Positions 1-11,369 of a DNA stretch of 36,730 nucleotides are shown here, piece by piece (position 1 is the stretch's first letter; each line of letters begins with the position of its first letter). Position numbers and translations under genes: made by a program. This DNA is from Octopus bimaculoides (Eukaryota), in contig NC_068981.1 of the NCBI RefSeq assembly GCF_001194135.2, positions 27,158,501 through 27,195,230 on the forward strand, given 5' to 3'. A model generated the notes under the pieces. The model searched no databases. It was not told the origin of the DNA and saw nothing but the letters and a program-made list of their open reading frames with translations.

Positions 1-1090
1 GTGTTCAACTCTTTCTCCTTCCCTCTTGGCTGCCCTAAACTTCTCTTCGCTCTTGATATCAAGAGCCTATACCCGGTGATCCCTCACCACGAGGGGCTTC
101 ATGCACTCCAACACTACCTTGACCTCAGACTCAACCCCCCAGTCTGACACATCCACACTTGTTCTCTCCCTTAACTGCTTCTCGTTCGCGAGCGAATTAG
201 ACCAGCATGGCTCGTGAGTGGCCATATGAACGAGAATCGACCCCAACTTTGCGAAACTGTTCGTTGGCTACGTTGAGGCCCAAATATTCTCAAGTTTCAC
301 TGGTCCCTCTCCCGAACTAAATGGTCGTTATATTGACGACTGTATTGGAGCGACCTCACTCTCGAGCGGACAACGAGACTCCTTCCTTTCTTTTGTCCAA
401 TTTTTCCCTCCTACCCTCTCATGCAATATTTCCGACACTTCCGTCGCCTTTCTCGACATTTTGGTCAGCATTCATCATTTCACTCTCACCACCTCCATTC
501 CCTTCAAACTCACAGACACACATTCATACCTCAACTTCTCCTCTTCCCACCCTAAACACACCAAGCTCTCCATCCCCTATTCCCAATTCCTCCGTCTGCG
601 CAGGCTCTGCATTGACAACCACAACTTTGAGACTCAGTCTCAACTCAAGGCTCGCCACTTCATTCTACGTCGATACCCCCCTCACCACTATCCACACCAC
701 CCTTGTCACAGCATGTTCCGTGGACCGTGCATTGTGTCTCTACCCTCGCACCCATCCCGCTGTCACCCGTTTCCCGTTTCCCCTCATCTACCACCCTCCA
801 CCCAACCTCGCCAACGCACCATTTTCTAAGCCTTCCGGCTACTCCAGTCCCACCACACTACTTCGCACAGCTTACCTAACCGACCTCTCCCCTACTTCAG
901 ACGAGCCCACAACCTACATGATCTCCTGGTCCACAGTTTCTTCCCTAACCCAACCTCTCAACCTGGCTCGTTCTCCTGCTCCCACCCACGCTGCCGCACT
1001 TACCCTTACCTCTCCAACACAACCATCCTCTGTGGCACCCATCATCAACACTATCATGTCACTGAGATTTTCACAGCACTTACAACTGGT
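1..1090 (+). mobile_element. Penelope-like retroelement (PLE) remnant: reverse transcriptase, thumb/linker region and Cys-rich pre-GIY-YIG segment; pseudogenised and cut by the window start
   Basis: Manual translation. Frame 1 gives LLFALDIKSLYPVIPHHEGL (RT motif A, D at 55-57). A frameshift in the C-run at about 135-140 moves to frame 2: G.*VAI*TRIDPNFAKLFVGYVE (degenerate G.AMG...P.FA.LF motif, TGA stops at 215 and 227), then RYIDD (326-340). ORF 461-829 contains TDTHSYLNFSSSHPKHTKLSIPYSQFLRLRRLC, typical of PLEs downstream of the RT. Then PLIYHP, NLHDLLVH (911-934) and CSHPRCRTY (977-1003). No GIY-YIG motif follows. Confidence 0.9.
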
Positions 1091-1319
1091 CAGTGATTTT
1101 CTAGGTCTGAAAGGAATGTCAAGTCTTTAGAATAAAAGAGCTTGTTTGAGCAACAATACAATAATACAATGAATTTTATTGGATGTAGGCGAAAAGTATA
1201 TTTAGTGTATTTGATAGCTGGTTCTTTCAAATTAGCAGTAATATTGTGGTTGTGCATCATGAAGGTGTAATAATGTCACACTCCCAATTACGAGTTACTT
1301 TCATTTAACGTTTCTTCAT

Positions 1320-1330
1320 TATCTATCTAC

Positions 1331-1422
<92 letters not shown>

Positions 1423-1423
1423 A
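1320..1423. repeat. (ATCT)n + (AT)n microsatellite running into an assembly gap
   Basis: Direct reading of the sequence. Confidence 0.95.
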
Positions 1424-1533
1424 NNNNNNNNNNNNNNNNNNNNNNNNNNNNNNNNNNNNNNNNNNNNNNNNNNNNNNNNNNNNNNNNNNNNNNNNNNNNN
1501 NNNNNNNNNNNNNNNNNNNNNNNNNNNNNNNNN
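1424..1533. other. Assembly gap (N run). Other gaps: 2366-2666, 3712-4042, 5327-5741, 23338-23347, 24855-25481, 26125-26805, 31126-31177, 32210-33185
   Basis: Runs of N; most are flanked by (AT)n, (GT)n or (ATGT)n tracts. Confidence 0.99.
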
Positions 1534-1620
1534 TATATATAATATAAATAATACATAAATATATGCATATATTCATACATATATGTACATACCTACATCT
1601 ATATGTATACACACATGCAT

Positions 1621-1790
1621 ATATGGGTACTGGACATCACGAAAATACGTTAAACGTAATCAGAAACGAAATCTGAAAACGAACTATTTTTCGAACAACG
1701 AAAAGAACAGAGAAACGAGACATGCAACATAAAGAATATTCCCCTTCATCAGTTGTCCCAGTCCATCTACTCTGCGTTTCGAAGACAATC
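1621..1790 (+). repeat. Microsatellite-anchored dispersed repeat beginning ATATGGGTAC; related copy at 3598-3688 on the - strand
   Basis: 1621 atatgggtactggacatcacgaaaatacgttaaac aligns with the reverse complement from 3688, atatgggtacggaacgtcacaaaacgtaaaac. Both start next to an AT/AC-rich microsatellite and continue as A-rich gaaaac-type sequence. Confidence 0.55.
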
Positions 1791-1804
1791 CATCCGTCCA
1801 GCTA

Positions 1805-1884
1805 TCCATCCATCCACCCATCCATCTATATAGTTAGTTAGCTAGCTACACACACACACACACACACACGCACACACACACACG

Positions 1885-1923
<39 letters not shown>

Positions 1924-1966
1924 ACACACACACACATATATATACATATATAATATATATATATAT
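1805..1966. repeat. Compound (CCAT)n/(CA)n/(TA)n microsatellite
   Basis: Direct reading of the sequence. Confidence 0.95.
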
Positions 1967-2294
1967 TTCTTATTTTTTTATTTATGCGTGTGTGTGAGTC
2001 TGTGTGTATTAGCACATGGAAATCTCCATATTGCTGTAAGGATACCTACTGAGTAGTATTTTCACTCAGGCAGTATATAATGTAAGAATTTGGGTTGTTT
2101 GAATTGCACACCGAACGAAGTTTTACGTATTCTGGAATGTGTATATACATCATACATGCATGTTTATGCATGTTTGTATATGCGTGTGTGAGTGACTGTT
2201 GGGGTTGTTCCTGTATATATGAAGTGATAACACTTGCACCCACACAAACGCACACTCATATATGCATATACATATTTATTACACACACACACAC

Positions 2295-2365
<71 letters not shown>

Positions 2366-3518
2366 NNNNNNNNNNNNNNNNNNNNNNNNNNNNNNNNNNN
2401 NNNNNNNNNNNNNNNNNNNNNNNNNNNNNNNNNNNNNNNNNNNNNNNNNNNNNNNNNNNNNNNNNNNNNNNNNNNNNNNNNNNNNNNNNNNNNNNNNNNN
2501 NNNNNNNNNNNNNNNNNNNNNNNNNNNNNNNNNNNNNNNNNNNNNNNNNNNNNNNNNNNNNNNNNNNNNNNNNNNNNNNNNNNNNNNNNNNNNNNNNNNN
2601 NNNNNNNNNNNNNNNNNNNNNNNNNNNNNNNNNNNNNNNNNNNNNNNNNNNNNNNNNNNNNNNNNNGTGTGTGTGTGTGTGTGTGTGTGCATGTATTTTA
2701 TGCTGTTTTAGGTTTGCATGATTAAACCTACAATCATTCTTTCGGCAGGAAATACAAAATATAAATGAAATGAAGCAGAGTGAGAATAATTAACATTGAT
2801 CGTATGATGAAAACGAGGGAAGGGGAAAATGTTGGTCGTAATTGGTGTAGGAAAACTTTGTTAGATTAAAACGATAACAAAAAATTTGGAGGAGATAAAA
2901 GAGAATGGATGGGCTAAAATTTGAAGCTGCTTTAGATTATTATTAGACATGCAATTCAGTGCAATCAGATTCCATATTTCTACTGACTCATTAATGTTAC
3001 ATGTTGTTTTTTCATGATCTCGGAAACCAAAACTGAATTTTCCAATATTAGCATTTAAAACTGACATACAGAGATGTTGTTTAACTATACGTTGTGTCAG
3101 ATGGAAGGACTGCAATTTCATTAACGTTCATTCACTGCACGTAAACACGTACATACCTTAAGCCAAAAGGGTAGGTAAATGCTTGCCCACTCTCTCAGCC
3201 AGAATTAGAAAGCATTCGTACTTGGAGATAGCCTTTATATTCTTTATGCAATTTTCTATTGCAAACATGGAAATTCAGTTTCAAATATCCACCTCTTTTG
3301 TATAAACTTTACCGGCTCATTCAAATTAAGTTAAAAAATGGATAGGTAGTCATCTTCAAAACGAGATAGAGACTGGATATAAATGATCATTTACACGGGG
3401 GCGAAAAGGGAATAACATCAAAGAGAACTTAGTTTCGTGTTATAAATATCTGAACATTTAGTAGGTTCTGATTCCTGGGCGAGTAAAACATGGATAAAAA
3501 TAAATTCGTTATATTTCT

Positions 3519-3597
3519 AAGTAGTAAGCTGACAAAATCGTTAGCAGGTCGGGTGAAGTGTTCTGTGTTCAAATTCCGCCGAGGTCCAGTTTGTCTT
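3519..3597 (+). mobile_element. tRNA-derived SINE 5' fragment (family A here), internally deleted
   Basis: A-box-like agctgacaaaatcgttagc and B-box-like ttctgtgttcaaattccgccgaggtc. The ttacgttctgagttcaaa-type motif recurs at 7958-7990, 11070-11105 and, on the - strand, 16700-16730. Confidence 0.65.
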
Positions 3598-3688
3598 GTT
3601 TTCCATTTGTTTCTCTCGTTGTTTGCGTAGGCAAACTTGTTTTCGTATTCCATGTTGTTTTACGTTTTGTGACGTTCCGTACCCATAT
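3598..3688 (-). repeat. Second copy of the ATATGGGTAC microsatellite-anchored repeat (inverted relative to 1621-1790)
   Basis: See the alignment under 1621-1790. Confidence 0.5.
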
Positions 3689-4238
3689 ATGCATATATAT
3701 ATATATATATANNNNNNNNNNNNNNNNNNNNNNNNNNNNNNNNNNNNNNNNNNNNNNNNNNNNNNNNNNNNNNNNNNNNNNNNNNNNNNNNNNNNNNNNN
3801 NNNNNNNNNNNNNNNNNNNNNNNNNNNNNNNNNNNNNNNNNNNNNNNNNNNNNNNNNNNNNNNNNNNNNNNNNNNNNNNNNNNNNNNNNNNNNNNNNNNN
3901 NNNNNNNNNNNNNNNNNNNNNNNNNNNNNNNNNNNNNNNNNNNNNNNNNNNNNNNNNNNNNNNNNNNNNNNNNNNNNNNNNNNNNNNNNNNNNNNNNNNN
4001 NNNNNNNNNNNNNNNNNNNNNNNNNNNNNNNNNNNNNNNNNNATATATTTTTAAAATGTTTGACTGAAGAACTACTACAAACATGTATATTAAATGCATC
4101 AAAACTACCATCATTAATTTTTCAATTCATATCGATTTTTCGTGATTTTTTCCAAAACTACCTAACTCGTCATTTCTTCATTAATGCGGTTTAACACAAT
4201 AATGATATAGAAGTACAATGTATTACATCAAAGCATAC

Positions 4239-4250
4239 CTCTCTCTCTCT

Positions 4251-4293
<43 letters not shown>

Positions 4294-4315
4294 ACCCACT
4301 CACTCACTCTCTCTT
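4239..4315. repeat. (CT)n/(CACT)n microsatellite
   Basis: Direct reading of the sequence. Confidence 0.95.
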
Positions 4316-4458
4316 TCCGTCTTTCTCAGCTGTGAAATTTTGAATGCATTAATTTCAACTATTCTTATTAATAACTGCATTGTTTTCTTGCAGGTAAACT
4401 GATATCTGACTGTGCAAAGAATACTACAAACGTAGTTAGTAGCGACTTCTCTTGAGAA

Positions 4459-5158
4459 AGGGACAAAATTTGGCATCGTGATGTTATCAAGTACCTGTGT
4501 GAAAAGGGCTTATCCAAAAAGTACATTTACGCTGATATGATTGCTACATTAGATGGTGGGTCTCCAGCATTGTCTGCTGTGCAAACGTGGGGAGGTGAAT
4601 TTAGGAGTGAGAGGAAAAATCTTAAAGGTGACCCAATTCTTGGATGTCATGAAACTGCTACCATCGAGGAAAACATTGCTCGTTTTCACTACATGTGATG
4701 GATGACAAACGATTGACTATAATTTAAATAGCCAATGTTATTACCGTATCCCGTGAGAAAATTGAGAATATTTTTCACAATGAACTTGCCAGCACTAAGA
4801 TTACTGCTCGGTAGGTACCACGTCTAACATCTGATCAAAGGGCACGAAATTGTTCATATCACGGGAAAATCTGACATTATTTGAGATAAAACATCTGGTT
4901 TCCTTGAAAGCTTCCTAAACCGGGATGGGTGTTGGTTTCATCACTGTGAGCTAAAGACAAAGAATCAATCCGTGCGGTAGAAACACCCCCACCTCACTTC
5001 CTCCAAAGAAGGCTAAAAGCATTTTTGTTGGCTGTGAGGAATGCAAAAGGCATTGTGTTTATTGACTATCTTCAAAATAGCACTCCATCAATGGAGAGTA
5101 CTATGCCAACTTGAAGAGGCAGTTACGAAAGGCTATCAAGACTCACCGTCTAGGAAAA
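4459..5158 (+). mobile_element. Mariner (Tc1/mariner superfamily) transposase pseudogene, 3'-truncated; probable 5' non-coding part from about 4320
   Basis: Translation gives DKIWHRDVIKYLCEKGLSKKYIYADMIATLDGGSPALSAVQTWGGEFRSERKNLKGDP..GCHETATIEENI (mariner N-terminal HTH region; start codon decayed to AGG at 4459). Then VMDDKRLT, KITAR*VPRL (WVPR motif with TAG at 4812), DGCWFHHCELKTKNQS (first catalytic D at 4924), KGIVFIDYLQ and INGEYYANLKRQLRKAIK. Multiple stops and frameshifts. It ends at an (AT)n tract before the second and third catalytic Asp. Confidence 0.92.
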
Positions 5159-5947
5159 TATATATAATATATATATATACATATACATATATATCATTAT
5201 TCTGCGGATAGTCTCACTATTCACAGAATCCAAAGCTCTGAACTGGAATTTTATTAATCGATACTGAAATAATGCTGTGTTGGAAAGACGCTAGTGATTT
5301 TGCAGAATGTTCAAAGAAAAGACGTANNNNNNNNNNNNNNNNNNNNNNNNNNNNNNNNNNNNNNNNNNNNNNNNNNNNNNNNNNNNNNNNNNNNNNNNNN
5401 NNNNNNNNNNNNNNNNNNNNNNNNNNNNNNNNNNNNNNNNNNNNNNNNNNNNNNNNNNNNNNNNNNNNNNNNNNNNNNNNNNNNNNNNNNNNNNNNNNNN
5501 NNNNNNNNNNNNNNNNNNNNNNNNNNNNNNNNNNNNNNNNNNNNNNNNNNNNNNNNNNNNNNNNNNNNNNNNNNNNNNNNNNNNNNNNNNNNNNNNNNNN
5601 NNNNNNNNNNNNNNNNNNNNNNNNNNNNNNNNNNNNNNNNNNNNNNNNNNNNNNNNNNNNNNNNNNNNNNNNNNNNNNNNNNNNNNNNNNNNNNNNNNNN
5701 NNNNNNNNNNNNNNNNNNNNNNNNNNNNNNNNNNNNNNNNNTATATATATATATATATAAATATATATAAATATATATATATATATAATATATATATATA
5801 CATATACATATATATCATTATTCTGCGGATAGTCTCACTATTCACAGAATCCAAAGCTCTGAACTGGAATTTTATTAATCGATACTGAAATAATGCTGTG
5901 TTGGAAAGACGCTAGTGATTTTGCAGAATGTTCAAAGAAAAGACGTA
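5159..5947. repeat. Identical ~168-bp direct repeat on both sides of a gap (5159-5326 = 5780-5947); probable false duplication
   Basis: Base-by-base identity at offset 621; the first copy ends exactly at the gap edge. Confidence 0.85.
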
Positions 5948-7251
5948 AATCGTATTCCAGTATGCAATATGCTATAAACAGAAAGAAATTTAGGACGGCT
6001 TTGATGATATAGTTTTCCGCTCAGACCTGCACTTGCGTTAAGCGACATCTCCATTTTTAATTTGCTCCTCTTCATAATTTCTAGTTCTTTAAAACTAGTG
6101 CTCATATGTGTCATATATTTGCAAATCGAATTGATATTTCAGACAGTCATAACATATTTATGATGTGAATTTTATATATATATATAATATTTTATATCGC
6201 AATGCAGAATAGTTTCTCTAGAATTGAACCACTAGTACAGTCAATATATATGTAATATACGAGACTAAGTTGAAACATGCTTTAATTCTTAGATGGAAGT
6301 AAGTTACAAAACCGAAAATGATCTCCTATATTAGGAGGTAAGAAAAGGAAAATCGCCTCTACAAATAAATAAACAAGCTGATTTTTATATGTCGCATTTA
6401 TGATATTAAGCAAAATTATAATTTAGGTTATGATTAATCTAAAATGAAGTTGTATTATATAATCGAAATCACAATTAAATCTTAAAGTAAATTGCTAGCT
6501 AATTGAAGTGAAACAACGTAGAATATGAGTAGAAACTGTATCGCAGTATTTCAACACCAGAATCTTCTAACCGTTTCCTAATTCTGTTACGCAAACACAT
6601 CTGTGGAGTAAGTTGCAAGTTAAAAGTAGCTTATTTTATGAGACAGAGAGGGAAAAAGTTCAAAAGTAAAGTATCTGAAATGCAAATATTGAATAATTTT
6701 ATAATAGCTGATGGGAGGTCACAAAAGGAACAGCTGTTAATACTAGGTGTTTCACCAGAGAGCAGAAATAATAAATGGCATACATACATTTAAACATGTG
6801 CTAAGATTATTTTATTTTACAGTGAATATAACTTATGACTCCCAAAAATATTTTCGTACTTCCGCCGTGTTACTCACACTTGAAAGTATAATTTATTCCA
6901 GATTTATTACTCATTCATTGTTTTCTCTAGAGTTACACCGGTATCCATTTTCTTGTGACAGTTAGGCTTAATTAAGGAAATAGATCTTTCTTAGCCCATA
7001 CTTACTGTCTATATTTCTCTATATTATTTCTCTATATTCCTATCGTTTGATACACTTTACTTTTTCCTTCACATTAATCATTTTCTTTTCTGAAAGAACG
7101 ATGATTTGTAAAATATTTAATTTTTTTTATTATTTCACACCGTCAGAGCTTAATTTTAACTCTTTTCAAATACTAAATATATTGAATAAACTTCTGCACA
7201 CGGAAATTGCATCTCACATTTTCACATATAAACGCACACGAATATTTACAA

Positions 7252-7326
7252 CACACATTCACATATACGATCAAACACACACACACACACACACACACAC
7301 ATTCACATATACGATCAAACACACAC
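7252..7326. repeat. Short tandem duplication of cacacattcacatatacgatcaaacacac with a variable (CA)n spacer
   Basis: Unit seen at about 7252 and about 7295. Confidence 0.85.
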
Positions 7327-7954
7327 ATTGACATCAGCTAAATATGCATATACACTCCAATGTAATTACAAAACGAATGATACTGATTTCATTGAAAAGA
7401 TGTATTTTTTACAAAAAGTCAATCCTTACCCACTTCCGATTCATGAAAATCAATGATCATTATTATCATCTATTATCATTACTTTTTGTCTATGGAGATC
7501 TTTTGTCGTTTAAACTATCAACCCCTGTTGTTGAAGATGAATAAAACGATTTACTAAATTTCTTTCATATATTTCCCTCGCCTCGGGTTTGCAATAATCT
7601 CCAAGGCACGAATCTTTCATAAATATTCCTCATGTTTCCGTTTTGAAAGGTATGAAGATGCGCCTCATTCATGAATTCAGAATTGCACTAGTTGCGTAAG
7701 TATTTATCTAAAGGCTTCGCATAAACATTGCTTCCGTTTATGAATTTCTTTTGACAAAAACAAAAATGAAAATATTAAAATAGAATTGTTTAATGATATT
7801 AATAAAAATATTTATTTCGATGTAAAAACGTATTTTATCATTATCAATAGTAGTATTTCGATAGAAACAGCTGCCTGAAATAGGAGGTTTTCCAGTTGCT
7901 GGCTTACAGTTATGGGAAGGTACCGGAACTAAAAGCTTTAAATGATTTTGTTTG

Positions 7955-7990
7955 ACTTCTTTACGTTTTGAGTTCAAATCCCACCGGGAA
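7955..7990 (+). mobile_element. SINE family A B-box fragment
   Basis: ttctttacgttttgagttcaaatcccaccggg resembles 3561-3586 and 11070-11105. Confidence 0.45.
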
Positions 7991-8966
7991 AACATTCTAT
8001 TAACAATTTGGAATAATTTAACGTTCTGAAGATGATTTTGAGTCTGTGACACTTCGTAAATTTATAATTGATTCGGGAAAGGAAAAAATCCCTTCCATAA
8101 CAATTGCATTCATAATTGTATTTCTATCTGTTTCGTATTTCAAAATATTTTCAGCGTTATAGGAAGGTTCATCACCGAAGAAGATTCTTGGATTTACTAG
8201 AAATAGCGACCAAACCTTTCTCGAATCACGCTTTACTCTCTTTTAAGAGAGGCACATACAGTGTGAAGTTGTCTTACACATTGAGACAAACGTGTTAATA
8301 GAGATACAATTACCATTGCTAAAAGATCTGCTCGACCTGGGCTGACCTGGAGTAGTACAATATCAATATATTATAATATTATTTCAAAAAAGAAGTGCTT
8401 GTCAAACAGGTTCTGTGTTAAAGTGCGCATCAAAATACATGGTATTTTGGCTTTCAAATGTAAATCAACCTACGGTTGCCACGACTCAACTACAGCCCGC
8501 TGTATTGTACGGTAACTCCTGAACCGACTGCAGCGGATATAATTCATTAATTTCTTAATATTTCATACGTACATATTCATATTTCATAACGCACAAATTA
8601 TACCATATATTCTAAAACGATTAAATACTGCTCCAAGAAATCATTATGTTATAATTTCTTGATTTCATTGTCAAGGCAGATTTCAGAGTGGTCAAATCGA
8701 TTGGTGAGAACGCAGATTCAGTGAGTGTCATGGGGACTATTTCCCCATCTAGGTTTCAAAATATCATTACATATATATTTTGTTAAACTATAATCCACAA
8801 TTTTAATCATGAAAGTTTATTAAAAATAAACAAATCTTTTTCTCCCACGCCTGCTTTTTTTTATTTCTCAGTCTGTCTTGCTCGCTTTCCATCCCACTCT
8901 CTCTCCTTCTCTCTCCCTTTATGTTCCTTTCCCGCTCCCTCTTTGTATAGACATGCACATGCATAC

Positions 8967-9020
8967 ACATACATACATACATACATACATACATACATAC
9001 ATACATACATACTTACATAC
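8967..9020. repeat. (ACAT)n microsatellite
   Basis: Direct reading of the sequence. Confidence 0.95.
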
Positions 9021-9455
9021 TTAAATGTCGAACGACGAGAACAAGTGCTCAGCACCGCAGAGACAAACACCAGTCTTCCATGTGATCAGCTTCAAAAATT
9101 GTTAAAATATTAAGATACTTTCTTACAGAAACCAATGGTAGCCTTAACACAAACACACGCACGCACAGACCCACTCACACACGCGCGCGCACCTGCATGC
9201 TCACACATACACACAAACACACACATATGCGCATAAATAATGTGTATTTGTGTATACACTTCAAAAATTGTCTGGTGGTATGAGATGTGAATATATTTGA
9301 TTACGGCATTCTCGCATCTTCGTATAATAGCAAATTCAGTGAATAATAAATTATGTTTAAAGTCTGCATTAATAAGCATGCTACGCATCATACGATACAA
9401 TTGTGTATGTACAAATGAGAGCAGATAAAGGAAGCTGGCTCTTCAGGTCACCAAA

Positions 9456-9484
9456 ACACCACGGTTACACCACGGTTACACCAC
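9456..9484. repeat. 11-bp tandem repeat (ACACCACGGTT) x2.6
   Basis: Units at 9456, 9467 and 9478 (partial). Confidence 0.9.
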
Positions 9485-10619
9485 TGATTCATCTCACAGT
9501 TGAATAATTGGTGTAACTATGATTTGTAAATATGCAATTGCACTGTGTGATTCGTAGCATGATATTAGTCCAGAGATATAAACATAATTTGCTATACTTA
9601 TGAAGAAAGCTACAAGATTACCGTATTCCTTACGATAACAAGTGACTTAAATATATTCGTCTCTCATTCCTCGACATTTTCAGCTGTATGGAACTCTGCT
9701 ATATACGCCTCTGCATTGGATTTCAGAAAATACGGGTTTCTTATGATCTCACATAATCTGGGTACTCACTGCAATATAAAATGATAATAAATTAATAATA
9801 ATCACGCAAAATTCGTGCATTTTAATGCTAATTTACATACAACTACGCATTGATATATGTGTATATGCATACATATGCATGAAAACACTCGCGCACACAC
9901 ACACACACATATACACACAGACCATGCATGTACGAAAGTATGTATGTATGTATGCATGCATGTATGTATATTACAATGTAATGCATTCGCTTCGTGTTAC
10001 ATATTGAGAAATTAGCCTTTTATCTTATAATAAGCCTCTTACGATATGTATTTTCATTATTTTACCTTTTTCATGACATGTTTTAACCAGAATCAATACA
10101 CAGAAACTTGGATTTTTGCTGGTTATCATTTTCAGAGTTAGACCGCTGTTTGAATTAACAAAGCACATGAAAATATTTTCTCCACAACAGCAAACTCTTG
10201 AATCCACTTGAAATCACGTTTGTTACTTCCGGTAAACGAAGATGAGCTTCCGTTAAAGTTAAACAAACGTGTCACCGATTATAGTAGCCACTTAGAAACA
10301 CACACTCAAAAATATAATACACATAATAGACAAAAGCAAAATTTAGCAAAAGAAAAAAATATATGAACAATAAACAAAATCAAGCAAAGGGAATGCCAAC
10401 AAAACAACAACGAGAAGAGGTATCATTTACTGACGCCAACCGTCTTGTAATCGTTTATTCAACTAAGCGAGACTGATTACAGATTGAAGCTGAGTCAAAT
10501 ATCCACGAAATCTACACTGTTTGTCCCAGAGCAATTGGCAATAAACAAAGACCAAGCACAATTGAAAAGACTTGTACAGCGAATGTTCTCCTATATTTCT
10601 TCATTCTACTTTTCTTTTC

Positions 10620-10835
10620 ATTCTTCTTGATCTTCTTCCTCTTTGTTGTTGTTGTTTTTGTTGTTGCTCTTGTTCTTCTTCCTATCATCATCATCATCAT
10701 CATCATCATCATTATTATTATTATTATTATTTTTATTATAAACGATGATGATCATGATGACGACGAAGACGGGGACCACGACATTAATGATGACGATGAT
10801 GATGACAATACGATGAACGATGGCGTTGATGATGA
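10620..10835. repeat. Compound trinucleotide array (TTC/TTG/TCA/TTA/GAT)
   Basis: Direct reading; it explains the poly-I/V/D/M ORFs in the track. Confidence 0.95.
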
Positions 10836-11039
10836 TCATGTTGATTTCTTTTATCGGCCACAAGGCCCCAGGACGTTGAGGATAGCATATATGTAATGAC
10901 GAGACTAGGTTTTGGACAGATTCGTATGACATTACCCGTCGGAGTTTTAAAAATCTCACCTAAGAAATTGTCTTTCATCTAACTGCCATTAAGTAATAGT
11001 TCAGTAGATTTGGCCCTACATTTCCTCAAAATGTATGCC

Positions 11040-11190
11040 ATGACAAAAGACCTAGTGGCATTTCGCCACCCTTTACGTTCTTGGATCAAACGCCGCCACC
11101 GAAGTCGACTTCGGGGTCGATAAAAAACAGTACCAGTCAACAATCGGATTCAATATAATCGATTACCCACCTCCACCTATAACAGAAAAG
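11040..11190 (+). mobile_element. SINE family A, degenerate body and 3' end
   Basis: ctttacgttcttggatcaaacgccgccaccgaagtcgacttcggggtcgataaaaaacagtaccag...aatcgattacccacctcc; shares the B-box region with 3561-3590 and 7958-7990. Confidence 0.6.
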
Positions 11191-11211
11191 GCATCAAACA
11201 AAAACAACAAA

Positions 11212-11293
<82 letters not shown>

Positions 11294-11315
11294 ACTTCTA
11301 CTACTACTGCTTCTG

Positions 11316-11369
<54 letters not shown>
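11212..11369. repeat. (TAC)n-(TGC)n-(TAC)n compound trinucleotide repeat
   Basis: Direct reading; it explains the poly-S and poly-V/A ORFs. Confidence 0.97.

Noticed and set aside
321-1130. 269-aa ORF as a host gene
   Set aside because: It is mostly an off-frame reading of the decayed PLE; only a central part (PLIYHP region) is in the PLE frame, and its S/T/P richness reflects C-rich PLE sequence.
1735-1790. Permuted hammerhead ribozyme on the - strand (GAAAC...CTGATGA)
   Set aside because: Core words are present, but stem I does not pair and stem II relies on two G-U wobbles.
2046-5888. Long ORFs full of X, YIYI or HTHT (also 24790-26879 and 31964-33257)
   Set aside because: Artefacts of N-gaps and dinucleotide/tetranucleotide repeats.
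9680-9760. Ankyrin-like TPLHW exon
   Set aside because: The frame stops about 10 codons later, lacks the rest of the ankyrin consensus and has no good donor.
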